From positions 1-31,378 of IMG/VR virus record IMGVR_UViG_2648501787_000011: a stretch of DNA of 31,378 nt, one strand, 5' to 3'. Source of the DNA: a virus. Its lineage: Duplodnaviria; Heunggongvirae; Uroviricota; Caudoviricetes. A program made the translations under genes and the position numbers. Each line of letters starts with the position of its first letter. Within the stretch, counting starts at the first letter, position 1. The notes under the pieces are model-generated. The model made no database searches. It worked only from the letters and a program-made list of their open reading frames with translations, and was not told the DNA's origin. This document shows, piece by piece, positions 18,781 to 27,118 of the stretch.

Positions 18781-19057
18781 CTTCAGACCTCTGCGTTTTC
18801 AGACCGGCGTATATTTCTTCACGAACGGACTGAATATCCTTACTTAACAGCTTCCACAGCCGCGCACATGCCGGTGATGATCGCAGGGCGCGTTTCATGG
18901 GGGTATCCGGTGCATCCGGGTTCCAGGGCTTTCCTGTCTGTTTTTCGTATGCACGGACAATGGCGTTTTGCTCAATATCTGCCAGCACAAGGCAGTACGC
19001 CAGTTGCCGCACGACGGCCCGTTCTCCGCGACTTAACGGCTTCAGTTTTCGGGCCAT
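18770..19057 (-). CDS. Hypothetical protein (late region)
   Basis: 95 aa ORF tightly packed between neighbours. Confidence 0.45.
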   Translation of the reverse strand: MARKLKPLSRGERAVVRQLAYCLVLADIEQNAIVRAYEKQTGKPWNPDAPDTPMKRALRSSPACARLWKLLSKDIQSVREEIYAGLKTQRSEDGK

Positions 19058-19059
19058 GC

Positions 19060-19353
19060 TCAGTCCCTCGCACGGGGTTTTTTAACGCCCGGAACGCTGG
19101 ACAGGCCGTTTGCCACATCCTCGCCGCTGCCGGTGATTTCAGCCACGTAACAGCCGCCCACATCAGACAGACGAACCAGCCCCTGCTCGCGAAGCCATGC
19201 AAGCTGAGTGCGCACCACATCACGGGATACCTTATGACCGTAAGCCTGAAGGCAGGTCTGCAACACGGATTCATTCGCGCTGTCGCCACAGTCCAGCAGG
19301 GAACGCAGCAACACCAGACGACGGTCTTCAGTGAGGATCTCTTTCATCGCCAT
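19060..19353 (-). CDS. Hypothetical protein, possible winged-helix DNA-binding
   Basis: 97 aa; segment KVSRDVVRTQLAWLREQGLV resembles a recognition helix/wing; function unknown. Confidence 0.45.
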   Translation of the reverse strand: MAMKEILTEDRRLVLLRSLLDCGDSANESVLQTCLQAYGHKVSRDVVRTQLAWLREQGLVRLSDVGGCYVAEITGSGEDVANGLSSVPGVKKPRARD

Positions 19354-19658
19354 TAATTTTTTTCCTTTAACTCGTTCTCTAATAACAAATCGCTGATGCG
19401 GGATACCTGGCGGATGGATGGCCCCAGTTCTTTGATTTCTCCCCGCAGATTGCTGATATCCAGTTGCAGGCGGTGGAACTCATCACGGTCGGGTAAATGG
19501 TGTACCTGGCTTTCCACCACCGACACGCGGGAACGGAGTGAATCAAACTCTTCGCGTTTGACGTAGGTTTTCGCCAGAATCAACTGAAGCAGGTTTATTC
19601 CTGTCATCAGCAATGCCCACAGAATGGGCCAGTTGGCTCTGATCATTTCCCAGGACAC
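19353..19658 (-). CDS. Membrane-anchored coiled-coil protein (spanin/releasin-like candidate)
   Basis: 101 aa; N-terminal hydrophobic helix (WPILWALLMTGINLLQLIL) followed by coiled-coil; in lysis cluster. Confidence 0.5.
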   Translation of the reverse strand: MSWEMIRANWPILWALLMTGINLLQLILAKTYVKREEFDSLRSRVSVVESQVHHLPDRDEFHRLQLDISNLRGEIKELGPSIRQVSRISDLLLENELKEKN

Positions 19659-19870
19659 GTTTTCCTCCTGCGTTCCCGAATATGCTGACAGTCAATACAG
19701 GTCACCACATCCGGCAGCGCCGCAAGGCGTTGTGCCGGAATAACGTTCCCACAGTCATTGCAGCAGCCCCGACTATGGGGCGCTTCTTTTGTCCGCGTCT
19801 GCCAGGCGTTAACGACGCTCTGACGTTCGTTCATAACCACTTCACTGATGCGGTCGATTTCGTCGGTCAT
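19643..19870 (-). CDS. TraR/DksA-family C4 zinc-finger protein
   Basis: 75 aa with CCNDCGNVIP...CIDCQ (CxxC-N17-CxxC) motif characteristic of TraR/DksA-type zinc fingers. Confidence 0.6.
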   Translation of the reverse strand: MTDEIDRISEVVMNERQSVVNAWQTRTKEAPHSRGCCNDCGNVIPAQRLAALPDVVTCIDCQHIRERRRKTCPGK

Positions 19871-20475
19871 TTCGGCCCCGCAGACATTTTGTGACGGCTC
19901 GATTTGCTGTACCGGGCAAAGCCGTCCATGGTTCTTACTCCGAGATAGCCCAGCGCCGGGGTAAGCAACATCAGCGTGATATCCCAGTCCGGTGACGGCA
20001 TATGCAGTGTGATACCTCTGGCACCGGCAATGGCTCCGGCAATCTGGCCACAGGAGAGCAACAGCACATAGGTCAGACTGCTGTAACAGGAAAGACGGGC
20101 CAGCAGCGGGCGCGTCTGGCGCACATAGCTGTCCGCAGCGTTGTCACCATTGCGGATGGTTTCCTGCTGTTCGTGATGCGCGGCCTGCTCGTCAGCCAGC
20201 ACCAGCTTCTGCCGTTCCACCTCAAGCTGTTGTAACTGGACTTTCAGCGTTTCCAGTTGCATCAGTTGCTCCGGTGACAACGCCGTCAGTTGTTGTTCCA
20301 GAATGCGTTGCTGTTCGGTAACCGGCAGGCTTTCCCGGACGCTTTCCACCATACCGGCCACCGAGTCAGCGGCGGCAGATGTGCTACCACCAAACCAGCG
20401 CCCGACGGAACGAATCAGCCCCGGCCCGGCTTTCAGCAGAACAGAGGCGATGCCTGAAAGGGTTAACGGATCCAT
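19867..20475 (-). CDS. Hypothetical coiled-coil protein with C-terminal transmembrane segments (lysis-associated candidate)
   Basis: 202 aa; Q/L-rich coiled-coil centre; two hydrophobic helices near C-terminus. Confidence 0.5.
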   Translation of the reverse strand: MDPLTLSGIASVLLKAGPGLIRSVGRWFGGSTSAAADSVAGMVESVRESLPVTEQQRILEQQLTALSPEQLMQLETLKVQLQQLEVERQKLVLADEQAAHHEQQETIRNGDNAADSYVRQTRPLLARLSCYSSLTYVLLLSCGQIAGAIAGARGITLHMPSPDWDITLMLLTPALGYLGVRTMDGFARYSKSSRHKMSAGPK

Positions 20476-20873
20476 GAATCCCCCTTATGAAAACTGCGCT
20501 GATGTTTATAAAGTGCCGCGCAAAAGATACCGCCCAGCCAGAACGCCAGCTGATAAGGCTCCTTCAGATAAAGAAGGCCGAATGTCAGCATGAAAAGACC
20601 AACGGCCCAGACCACCCATGACCACACGACAATTCGAAGGGAGGCGGCCCGGAAACGCCTTTTGGGTTGCAGGCGATAAGGTACGTTGCCCAGCGGGAAA
20701 CTGTGAATCAGGCAGAGTGTCGCGCCGTATGCCAGCACCATGACCGCAAACGCCCGCCATCCGGCAAAACAGCTTGCCAGAAAAAGTACTGCCGACAGTC
20801 CCAGAAACGACCACTGGCACAACATAAAGCGGGAGTAAATAACGCGAACAAAAAGACTATTCATTCTGTGCAT
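20463..20873 (-). CDS. Polytopic membrane protein (holin-like candidate)
   Basis: About 136 aa from ATG 20873 (AAGGA 8 nt upstream) with 3-4 predicted TM helices. Track ORF extends to 21044 but that part overlaps the preceding ORF and is Arg/Trp-rich. Confidence 0.5.
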   Translation of the reverse strand: MHRMNSLFVRVIYSRFMLCQWSFLGLSAVLFLASCFAGWRAFAVMVLAYGATLCLIHSFPLGNVPYRLQPKRRFRAASLRIVVWSWVVWAVGLFMLTFGLLYLKEPYQLAFWLGGIFCAALYKHQRSFHKGDSWIR

Positions 20874-21084
20874 TGAGTTTTTCCTTGTACTTCTGGCACT
20901 GCCAGAAAATGTCCCGTGTATCCACGGAGTTCCAGCCACGCATGTAGTAGCTGGCGTGTGTACCGTCATGACCGGTATAGTCCACCGGCTCTGGCGGCGG
21001 ACCTCCGGCCATACGATGTAAAACCTCCTGACGCAGGCGGTCACGCCGCCCGGCTCTCAGCGAGGCATCCCAGCCTTTACCCAT
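20857..21084 (-). CDS. Hypothetical protein immediately downstream of endolysin
   Basis: 75 aa; start ~2 nt after the endolysin stop; no TM segment or lipobox. Confidence 0.4.
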   Translation of the reverse strand: MGKGWDASLRAGRRDRLRQEVLHRMAGGPPPEPVDYTGHDGTHASYYMRGWNSVDTRDIFWQCQKYKEKLNAQNE

Positions 21085-21085
21085 A

Positions 21086-21682
21086 TCACCCCCGCGTGGC
21101 GGACATGATGCCTAAAGGGGTATCGATGATTTCCAGACAGGCGTCGGTCAGCTTTTCCATGCGGTTAAACCAGCCGTTCAGGTATTTACCCTGGGCGGGT
21201 TTTGACTTGATGATGTCGGCATAAAAGCGGGAACGACGGACAATGCAGCGGGCCAGCAACCAGTCCGGGGTGGACAGACTCACGGCCTTACGGGTACGCG
21301 GGCCGATGATGCCGTCAGCATCCACATCAGCGGCTTCCTGCAAAATCCTGATAGCTTTTTTAACGCCATGCTGAACGGCTGCATCGAACACAAACATCGC
21401 CACGCCATCAGGCCACTGGTCACATCCGGCAGGCAGCCAGTAATCGCGCCAGTAAATCTGCGCGACCTGTTCGCGGGTTAAATCCCTGATGCGGGTATCC
21501 GGTTTACCGTCGCCGCTGACATCGGTTTTGCCGTCAATCACACCGTCGCGGCGGTCAGAAATGCCGTATTTGGTTTCGCCGCCACGGTCAGTGGGGTCAT
21601 TGACATAGACGCCTTCGATATCGGGACGCAGAATAAAATTCAGCGCATGTTCAAAGGCCGGGGAGAATTTCAGATTTTCCAT
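21086..21682 (-). CDS. Endolysin, GH108-type N-terminal domain plus peptidoglycan-binding domain
   Basis: 198 aa; N-terminal motif IEGVYVNDPTDRGGETKYGISD matches the GH108 signature EGGY-N...D-GG-T-YGI; no N-terminal hydrophobic SAR segment; AGGTG RBS 7 nt upstream. Confidence 0.75.
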   Translation of the reverse strand: MENLKFSPAFEHALNFILRPDIEGVYVNDPTDRGGETKYGISDRRDGVIDGKTDVSGDGKPDTRIRDLTREQVAQIYWRDYWLPAGCDQWPDGVAMFVFDAAVQHGVKKAIRILQEAADVDADGIIGPRTRKAVSLSTPDWLLARCIVRRSRFYADIIKSKPAQGKYLNGWFNRMEKLTDACLEIIDTPLGIMSATRG

Positions 21683-21737
21683 AAAAGCACCTGTGAAGCA
21701 GATTTAAACGTGGTCTGTTTCATGGTGCCGGAGGCAT

Positions 21738-21761
21738 AAAAAAAGCCGGATTTACCGGCTT
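21738..21761 (-). terminator. Rho-independent terminator (minus strand) between secreted-protein gene and lys
   Basis: Same AAGCCGG-TAAAT-CCGGCTT hairpin plus T7 tract as at 14177-14200 (27-nt identity). Confidence 0.6.
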
Positions 21762-21781
21762 CATTGAATTAAAAAAGATGA

Positions 21782-22261
21782 CTACTCATCACCTTTGATG
21801 GAGCAATCTATTACCATATCGTTACCCATCTTGAGAAATTTGGTTTGCATGAGAAAACCCTGTATCACATCAGTTAACCCATACCCTTCAACTTTTGTAG
21901 CTGAAACTACCATGTCAATAATTCGTTTCTGCTGTTTCTCTGTTAGTTCGCCAATTGCTGACTCCGCAACTCGCGAGCATGCCACAAAAGAAGACAACAC
22001 ACCTGAAGGATTGTTTTCATAATCCTTCACTGTCGTCGTTGAGCTGACGACTTTATTGTTGATCGTAAATACCCCGAATTTACTGTGGGCAGTTTCTGTT
22101 CCACCGTTCTTAATTGAATCGCCCCCTTTAAGAGGCTTCCAGCTATTTAGTGCAATGAGGTCTTTTTCTGTAAGACGTTTTTTGATGACATCTTCAGCTG
22201 GCAGTTTTGCCGCATTCGCGCAAAATACGCCCAGTAAAAGTATAAGAGGAAAGTATTTCAT
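21782..22261 (-). CDS. AT-rich secreted/periplasmic protein of unknown function (moron candidate)
   Basis: 159 aa with clear signal peptide MKYFPLILLLGVFCANA; lower GC than flanking phage genes; ATG overlaps the mor stop (ATGA). Confidence 0.65.
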   Translation of the reverse strand: MKYFPLILLLGVFCANAAKLPAEDVIKKRLTEKDLIALNSWKPLKGGDSIKNGGTETAHSKFGVFTINNKVVSSTTTVKDYENNPSGVLSSFVACSRVAESAIGELTEKQQKRIIDMVVSATKVEGYGLTDVIQGFLMQTKFLKMGNDMVIDCSIKGDE

Positions 22262-22659
22262 GACTCATCCTTAAATAGTTGCATTTGATATTTTTCACGC
22301 TCCAGTCGGCGCATTCTTTTGATGGCCTGATATACCGTTTTGTATGTCACTTTGTAACGCTGCACCAGCTCCGCTACGTTTTTCCCATCAAAATCATGCC
22401 AGATGCGCATGTCTCTGATAAGATTTTCCAGTATTTTCCCTTTCGGAACATATACCTGAATCCCACCGATATGATTGCAAATCGCCACTACCAGCTCAAG
22501 GGAGTGGGCAGGGTTAACTCCAAGCCTTATCAGCTCCTGTCGCAACAGAGCATTCAGCTCAGCCAGTAAAGATGGGAATCCCGATTTTTCCTGAACATCA
22601 TCAAAATATTCAAGGATACTGTCGTCCTGATAATCACCAAATAAATCTAGCTCTTTCAT
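22258..22659 (-). CDS. mor: Mor/C-family transcriptional activator (Mor by position)
   Basis: 133 aa; C-terminal HTH GKNVAELVQRYKVTYKTVYQAIKRMRR and N-terminal LFGDYQDD resemble Mu Mor; ATGA overlap with upstream gemA-like gene. Confidence 0.75.
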   Translation of the reverse strand: MKELDLFGDYQDDSILEYFDDVQEKSGFPSLLAELNALLRQELIRLGVNPAHSLELVVAICNHIGGIQVYVPKGKILENLIRDMRIWHDFDGKNVAELVQRYKVTYKTVYQAIKRMRRLEREKYQMQLFKDES

Positions 22660-23207
22660 AGAACTATTCTCCCGCTGTTTCTGGCGCGGGCATACGCACT
22701 GGTCAGTGCATCATATCCGCGCAGTTCCCGCCCGGTTTCGCTCACAGGTAAAGGCACGCCATGTCGGGCAAAGGCTTCCCGAATGCAGCGCATATGCCAC
22801 TGTTTGAGCGTTTCGAGCACAACCTGCAACGATTCCCCATGACACCAGGCAAGCGTGGAAACACCCTGACCGCCATTACGTCTGGCCGTCAGGCGTTCAA
22901 CGTATTTGTCCAGCGCGACGTCGCTGATATCGGAGACGAAACCATCAAGAAACATCTGCTGCCAGATTTTATAAATCTTCTCGCGCGGTGTGACATACCC
23001 CTTAAAGCGACGGCGGGGATGTTTTTTCTGCTTCTTAAAACCGCGCTCTTTCATGGCATTGAGCACCTGTTCCAGTTGTGTAACGGACAGCTCGCGGCAA
23101 CTGGTCTTGCCCGTGCACTGCACCAGAAAGGCGCGGTAAGTGTCATCGTCGAGGTGCAACTCCCGGCGGGCAACATGAATTAATTTAATCAGGGATGTGC
23201 GGCTCAT
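22656..23207 (-). CDS. gemA: GemA-like protein (Mu gp16)
   Basis: 183 aa; directly upstream of mor with overlapping stop/start, as gemA-mor in Mu. Confidence 0.6.
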   Translation of the reverse strand: MSRTSLIKLIHVARRELHLDDDTYRAFLVQCTGKTSCRELSVTQLEQVLNAMKERGFKKQKKHPRRRFKGYVTPREKIYKIWQQMFLDGFVSDISDVALDKYVERLTARRNGGQGVSTLAWCHGESLQVVLETLKQWHMRCIREAFARHGVPLPVSETGRELRGYDALTSAYARARNSGRIVL

Positions 23208-23520
23208 TATGTCCCCCGGATTTAAAAATTAATTCAGTGTTGAATAGCTCTTTACTCATTCGCTGTAGCACATCAAGGGCGGCAACTGCCGCCACTTTAT
23301 CCTGGCTGGCAATGATTCCCCGCAACTCTTCGATAATCCATGCAGGACTTAATGATTCAGCAATCATCATGCGCTTTTCTGAAATTAAATTTTCTCTGGC
23401 CTGCTCAAAGTGCTGGTATACAACATTATCCAGAAAATAATTTACATCTTGTTCTGACATACCACTGGAAATTAAGGTTGCAGCCATTAAATCAGCATCA
23501 GTAATCATCTGTATTTTCAT
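23185..23520 (-). CDS. AT-rich hypothetical protein (early accessory region)
   Basis: About 111 aa from ATG 23520 (GAGG 9 nt upstream); AT-rich relative to neighbouring phage genes; no recognisable motif. Confidence 0.45.
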   Translation of the reverse strand: MKIQMITDADLMAATLISSGMSEQDVNYFLDNVVYQHFEQARENLISEKRMMIAESLSPAWIIEELRGIIASQDKVAAVAALDVLQRMSKELFNTELIFKSGGHNEPHIPD

Positions 23521-23695
23521 TTCGTAATACCTCTTCGCAATAAAAGATTTCACCGGGATAACGTTTTTGTATGCGCTCCATCACCTGCATACATGCCTGC
23601 TCTGTGGGCCAGATTTTTTCTGTTACCGGGATAGCATCACAGGCATCATTCCCGCAGGTGCCAACCAGCAGGACAAAGCCAATTGACTTAATCAT
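23498..23695 (-). CDS. Small Cys-containing signal-peptide protein (possible lipoprotein / exclusion-type protein)
   Basis: About 65 aa from ATG 23695 (MIKSIGFVLLVGTCGNDACD...); hydrophobic N-terminus followed by Cys; four Cys in total. Confidence 0.4.
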   Translation of the reverse strand: MIKSIGFVLLVGTCGNDACDAIPVTEKIWPTEQACMQVMERIQKRYPGEIFYCEEVLRNENTDDY

Positions 23696-24227
23696 GCTCA
23701 CTGGCTTCCTGTGTTGCCGCCGGAACCGGTGAATAATCAAGAATGAGATAGCGCATGACGTGGTCGGTGATATTCCAGCCACTGGAGCCACAAATAAAAC
23801 GTCCCAGCCGGATATCGATATACGCCATCACAAAACGGGGCATTCCCTGTTTGCACATTTCATCGCCCACTTCTGCAACGATGTAAACCGACTCGCAGGT
23901 CAGTACGCCTGTCGCAAATTCTTTTGCCAGTGCCGGAATGGCATTGCCTTCCAGCCAGGGCAAAGAGCGGCGGAACGCACACCATTGAGCATCATCAACA
24001 GCGGGGTGCTCCGTTGTGTTTCGTCTTACCGGCGGCGTCGGGCGAGGGCGCGGAACATCATAAAACCCGTTGCATTCTGTCAGCATTCCGGCATCAACCG
24101 CATCACGCAGGAAATACACCATTGAAGAAGGTGGCATATTCATTTTTTCCGCCAGAACGCCACAGGTCAGACGTCCGTAAGCCCGTAATAATGTACTGAC
24201 ACCGTTCAGAACTTTTGCATCAACCAT
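23688..24227 (-). CDS. Hypothetical early protein
   Basis: 179 aa ORF between gam and the AT-rich ORFs; Cys-rich; no recognised domain. Confidence 0.5.
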   Translation of the reverse strand: MVDAKVLNGVSTLLRAYGRLTCGVLAEKMNMPPSSMVYFLRDAVDAGMLTECNGFYDVPRPRPTPPVRRNTTEHPAVDDAQWCAFRRSLPWLEGNAIPALAKEFATGVLTCESVYIVAEVGDEMCKQGMPRFVMAYIDIRLGRFICGSSGWNITDHVMRYLILDYSPVPAATQEASEHD

Positions 24228-24325
24228 TTTTTATTCCTGAGTAATCTGTTTCAGGCGCGAGCAATCCCCTGACGCATCGCGCCATAATTAAAAGAAAGTG
24301 AATTAATTAAATATTCGTGGTGGTA

Positions 24326-24850
24326 TTAAATACCGGCTTCCTGTTCAAACGGAATAATAGAAAAATCTTCAATGCCCGATTTAACTGTAATTCCGGCAAC
24401 ACCTGCGACCGCTTTCGGTTCCAGTAAAATCGCTTCCTTGTTGATTTCCTGTTTCGTGCGAATAAAACGTTGCAGGCCAAGACGCTCCAGCGTTTCCATC
24501 ACCGCATCCACTCCGCGAATACTTACCGATGGTGGGCGCTGACGCCATTGCACATCACCGGTAACGAGGTTAGCACTTTTCACTTTGCCGCCGTTCGTCA
24601 GCTCGTCACGGTTCGCTTCACACCATCCCTGAACGCCTTTTGAAAGGGTTTCAATACTGGTTTTAAGGGGTGCAATCTGTGAGGCGTATTTCTCCGTAAT
24701 CTCAGCGATAGCGTCATTCATTTCCGTTTCAAGTCGTGCCGCTTCGCGTTGCAGGTCACCAATCCGGCGGATATCACATACCACGGCATCGCGGGATTGC
24801 GGAACATAAGTCGCTGCGGCGTTCCTGATTCGTTTTGCTGACTTAGCCAT
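24326..24850 (-). CDS. gam: Host-nuclease inhibitor Gam (Ku-like DNA-end-binding protein)
   Basis: 174 aa, same length as Mu Gam; sequence recognised as Mu Gam-like. Confidence 0.85.
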   Translation of the reverse strand: MAKSAKRIRNAAATYVPQSRDAVVCDIRRIGDLQREAARLETEMNDAIAEITEKYASQIAPLKTSIETLSKGVQGWCEANRDELTNGGKVKSANLVTGDVQWRQRPPSVSIRGVDAVMETLERLGLQRFIRTKQEINKEAILLEPKAVAGVAGITVKSGIEDFSIIPFEQEAGI

Positions 24851-24870
24851 ATAAATAAAGCTCCTGTTAA

Positions 24871-25170
24871 TTAATATTCGCTGTATACAATACTGGATAC
24901 AGCACGATTGCTTAATTCCATCTTTTTGGCTATCACATGAATAGCCAGCCCTTCTTTATAAAGTTCACGACACAAATATTTGTCGTGCTCACTGATTCGG
25001 TATGCACACAACGATATTCCGTGCCTTCTGGCATGTGCCCGGAGGGCGGTTGTGGCAACGTTCAGTTTTTTCGCCATTTCTTCAACGGTCATTTTTCCGA
25101 CACTGGCTTCGATAAATTCCCGGTCTTCGCGTGACCAGCGTTTACGATTACACATCATTCCGGTCACCAC
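24871..25170 (-). CDS. Hypothetical early protein with helix-turn-helix-like segments
   Basis: 99 aa; segments MTVEEMAKKLNVATTALRAHARRHG and LAIHVIAKKMELSNRAVSSIVY look HTH-like. Confidence 0.45.
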   Translation of the reverse strand: MVTGMMCNRKRWSREDREFIEASVGKMTVEEMAKKLNVATTALRAHARRHGISLCAYRISEHDKYLCRELYKEGLAIHVIAKKMELSNRAVSSIVYSEY

Positions 25171-25590
25171 TCAGTACAACAGGGGTTCGCGCAGTGATGC
25201 CGGAATATGCCGCAACGATAACTGAACTGCTTTCAGGGCAAGGGAAGAATACGCCCCCTGCGTCCAGCCTTTCGCCATTTGCCGGTACTCGCGCCAGATG
25301 TTCTGCCACTGCTCCCGTGCGTCCGGGTCTGACGCGCTGATGTATTCTCGGTCCATGACGTATTCCCATAAATCCACATTGAAAGCATTGCCAAACGTAA
25401 TGGCGCGGAATACCGCCTCTCCGCAATAACGCGCACAAATGCTGTAATGGTCAAATGCAATCAGGTAAGTCTTTTCGCCATACCCCTCAACTTCGCGCGC
25501 GCAAATAAACTCGCGTAAGTCTCCGCCATTGTTATTACGCATTTTGATTCGAATTAATGCCTGGATTTCGTTTCTGATTCTGGCGTTCAT
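25171..25590 (-). CDS. Hypothetical early protein
   Basis: 139 aa ORF adjacent to the next gene start; no recognised motif. Confidence 0.45.
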   Translation of the reverse strand: MNARIRNEIQALIRIKMRNNNGGDLREFICAREVEGYGEKTYLIAFDHYSICARYCGEAVFRAITFGNAFNVDLWEYVMDREYISASDPDAREQWQNIWREYRQMAKGWTQGAYSSLALKAVQLSLRHIPASLREPLLY

Positions 25591-25604
25591 TGTCAGCGCT
25601 CCTT

Positions 25605-25868
25605 TCAGTGACGTGTTCCTTCAACTGTCGTTTTTGTGACACTGCCACCCGTGATGACGCCGTCATTTTTCAGAATTTCAATGGCCTCATGGGTTGACTC
25701 GCAAACAATATCCCGACTTTTTTCCAGAACCAGTAACGCTACCATGCCAGCGAGTGTACATTCATCGCCGTCCAGCTCTGCACTGTGTTCTACGTTAATA
25801 CTGGTACGTAAACGCTGCCCTTTAACTTCAGATGTCGCATTTTTGATTTCGATAATGACTTTTGCCAT
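25605..25868 (-). CDS. Hypothetical early protein
   Basis: About 87 aa from ATG 25868 (GAGGAA 8 nt upstream); track start 25922 overlaps the kil-like ORF. Confidence 0.45.
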   Translation of the reverse strand: MAKVIIEIKNATSEVKGQRLRTSINVEHSAELDGDECTLAGMVALLVLEKSRDIVCESTHEAIEILKNDGVITGGSVTKTTVEGTRH

Positions 25869-25900
25869 TTTGTTATTCCTCACAAATAAATAAGCCGTTA

Positions 25901-26128
25901 TTAACGCCAGATAATCTGACAACCATTAAGACGGGCCGTCCATACTGAACGGGCAACCCCTGATTTATGCTCCATAATCCTGACAGCATTCCTGACAAGC
26001 TCCGGTGGTGGGCAGGTGATTTCAAGCACCGGGCGGGCCACGCCCAGCCAGGATTCGTTGACGTGGCTGCCGCGCTCCTGTAACCAGCTCTTTACTTCCG
26101 TTGCCATTTTGATATTCCGTGACATCAT
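25901..26128 (-). CDS. kil: Kil-like small protein
   Basis: About 75 aa from ATG 26128 (AAGGAG overlapping B stop); position right after B and size match Mu kil. Confidence 0.5.
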   Translation of the reverse strand: MMSRNIKMATEVKSWLQERGSHVNESWLGVARPVLEITCPPPELVRNAVRIMEHKSGVARSVWTARLNGCQIIWR

Positions 26129-26141
26129 AATTTCGCTCTCC

Positions 26142-27080
26142 TTACGTGCGCAGCAGGGTTGAAATATCAACGTCCAGGTCTAATTCACGGAAAGCCTGAC
26201 GCAGATAATCTTCATTAACACGTTCACCTTTACCGTGGGCGGTCATGGCAGCAAGGCGCAGCGAGTGGTTCAGGATGCGAAGCGCACCTGGCTTTTGTGC
26301 AATCTGCTGTAATAATTCCCGCTCGTTTTCGCCGGTAATTTGCCAGGCATCCGCAATGGCTTTTACATCATCAATTTTGGTTTTATTGATTGCCGTCCGT
26401 TTGGCAATACGGGAAAACAGGCGGGCAAATTCAACCGTTCTGTTACCACCGGTCATGTTTGAATAAACACGGTGATTCCCCATCAGAACAAGGCCAATAC
26501 GGGCGGACTCCTGTAACAGGCGGAGTTCTTCCAGAACCTCAGCGCCAAGATGATCAGCTTCGTCGATAATGACCAGCCCCTGGGTACCTTCAAGACGGCG
26601 TCGCAAAGCGCGGGAGAGTGGCCCCTTACGGCGTGGTGCGTCATTCATTCCCAGTTCATAAGCCAGTTCAGTCAGGCATTCCAGAACACTGGCACAGGAT
26701 GGGGTAATGGTAATCATCCAGACATTGTTATTGGTGCGACGAAATTCGCGGGCCGCTTCAGTTTTTCCCACACCTGGATTACCGCAGATAACAGAAATAC
26801 TTTCAGTCAGGCTGGCAAAACGCATACTCGTCCAGATTTGGCGTGCTGTTCTGGTTTCCACAAAACGTGGTGGTTCTGGCAGCTCTGCGGCACGGTGATA
26901 GTTCTCCAGCCAGCGTTCCAGCATCTGCGCAACACGTTCATTGTCGCCGTTGTACTTGTTATTCACGAATGCGCTTAACGTTCCTGCGGCCACGCCAGAC
27001 TCGCGTGCAATTTGTGCATAAGTCGCTTTTTCACTTTCTACAAGCGTGCGCAGTCCTGCGCGAATATCGGAAATATTCAT
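26142..27080 (-). CDS. B: Transposition target DNA activator B (AAA+ ATPase MuB)
   Basis: 312 aa; Walker A GNPGVGKT; recognised as near-identical to Mu B along its length. Confidence 0.95.
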   Translation of the reverse strand: MNISDIRAGLRTLVESEKATYAQIARESGVAAGTLSAFVNNKYNGDNERVAQMLERWLENYHRAAELPEPPRFVETRTARQIWTSMRFASLTESISVICGNPGVGKTEAAREFRRTNNNVWMITITPSCASVLECLTELAYELGMNDAPRRKGPLSRALRRRLEGTQGLVIIDEADHLGAEVLEELRLLQESARIGLVLMGNHRVYSNMTGGNRTVEFARLFSRIAKRTAINKTKIDDVKAIADAWQITGENERELLQQIAQKPGALRILNHSLRLAAMTAHGKGERVNEDYLRQAFRELDLDVDISTLLRT

Positions 27081-27118
27081 CTGAATAACCTCGTAATTAA
27101 ATTTTGTTTAAACGTTAA

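Noticed and set aside
20874-21044. N-terminal 57-codon extension of the membrane-protein ORF (track start 21044)
   Set aside because: Overlaps the preceding 75-aa ORF in another frame and is Arg/Trp-rich; ATG at 20873 with AAGGA RBS is the better start.
21782-22261. Secreted protein as a known lysozyme inhibitor (Ivy/PliC/MliC type)
   Set aside because: No CKPHDC-like Ivy motif, no lipobox; idea rests on position next to the endolysin only, so kept as a hypothesis.
22258-22659. Possibility that the 133-aa Mor/C-family protein is C rather than Mor
   Set aside because: Its ATGA coupling to the gemA-like gene and its size (133 aa versus about 129 for Mor and 140 for C, from memory) favour Mor; cannot be excluded without alignment.
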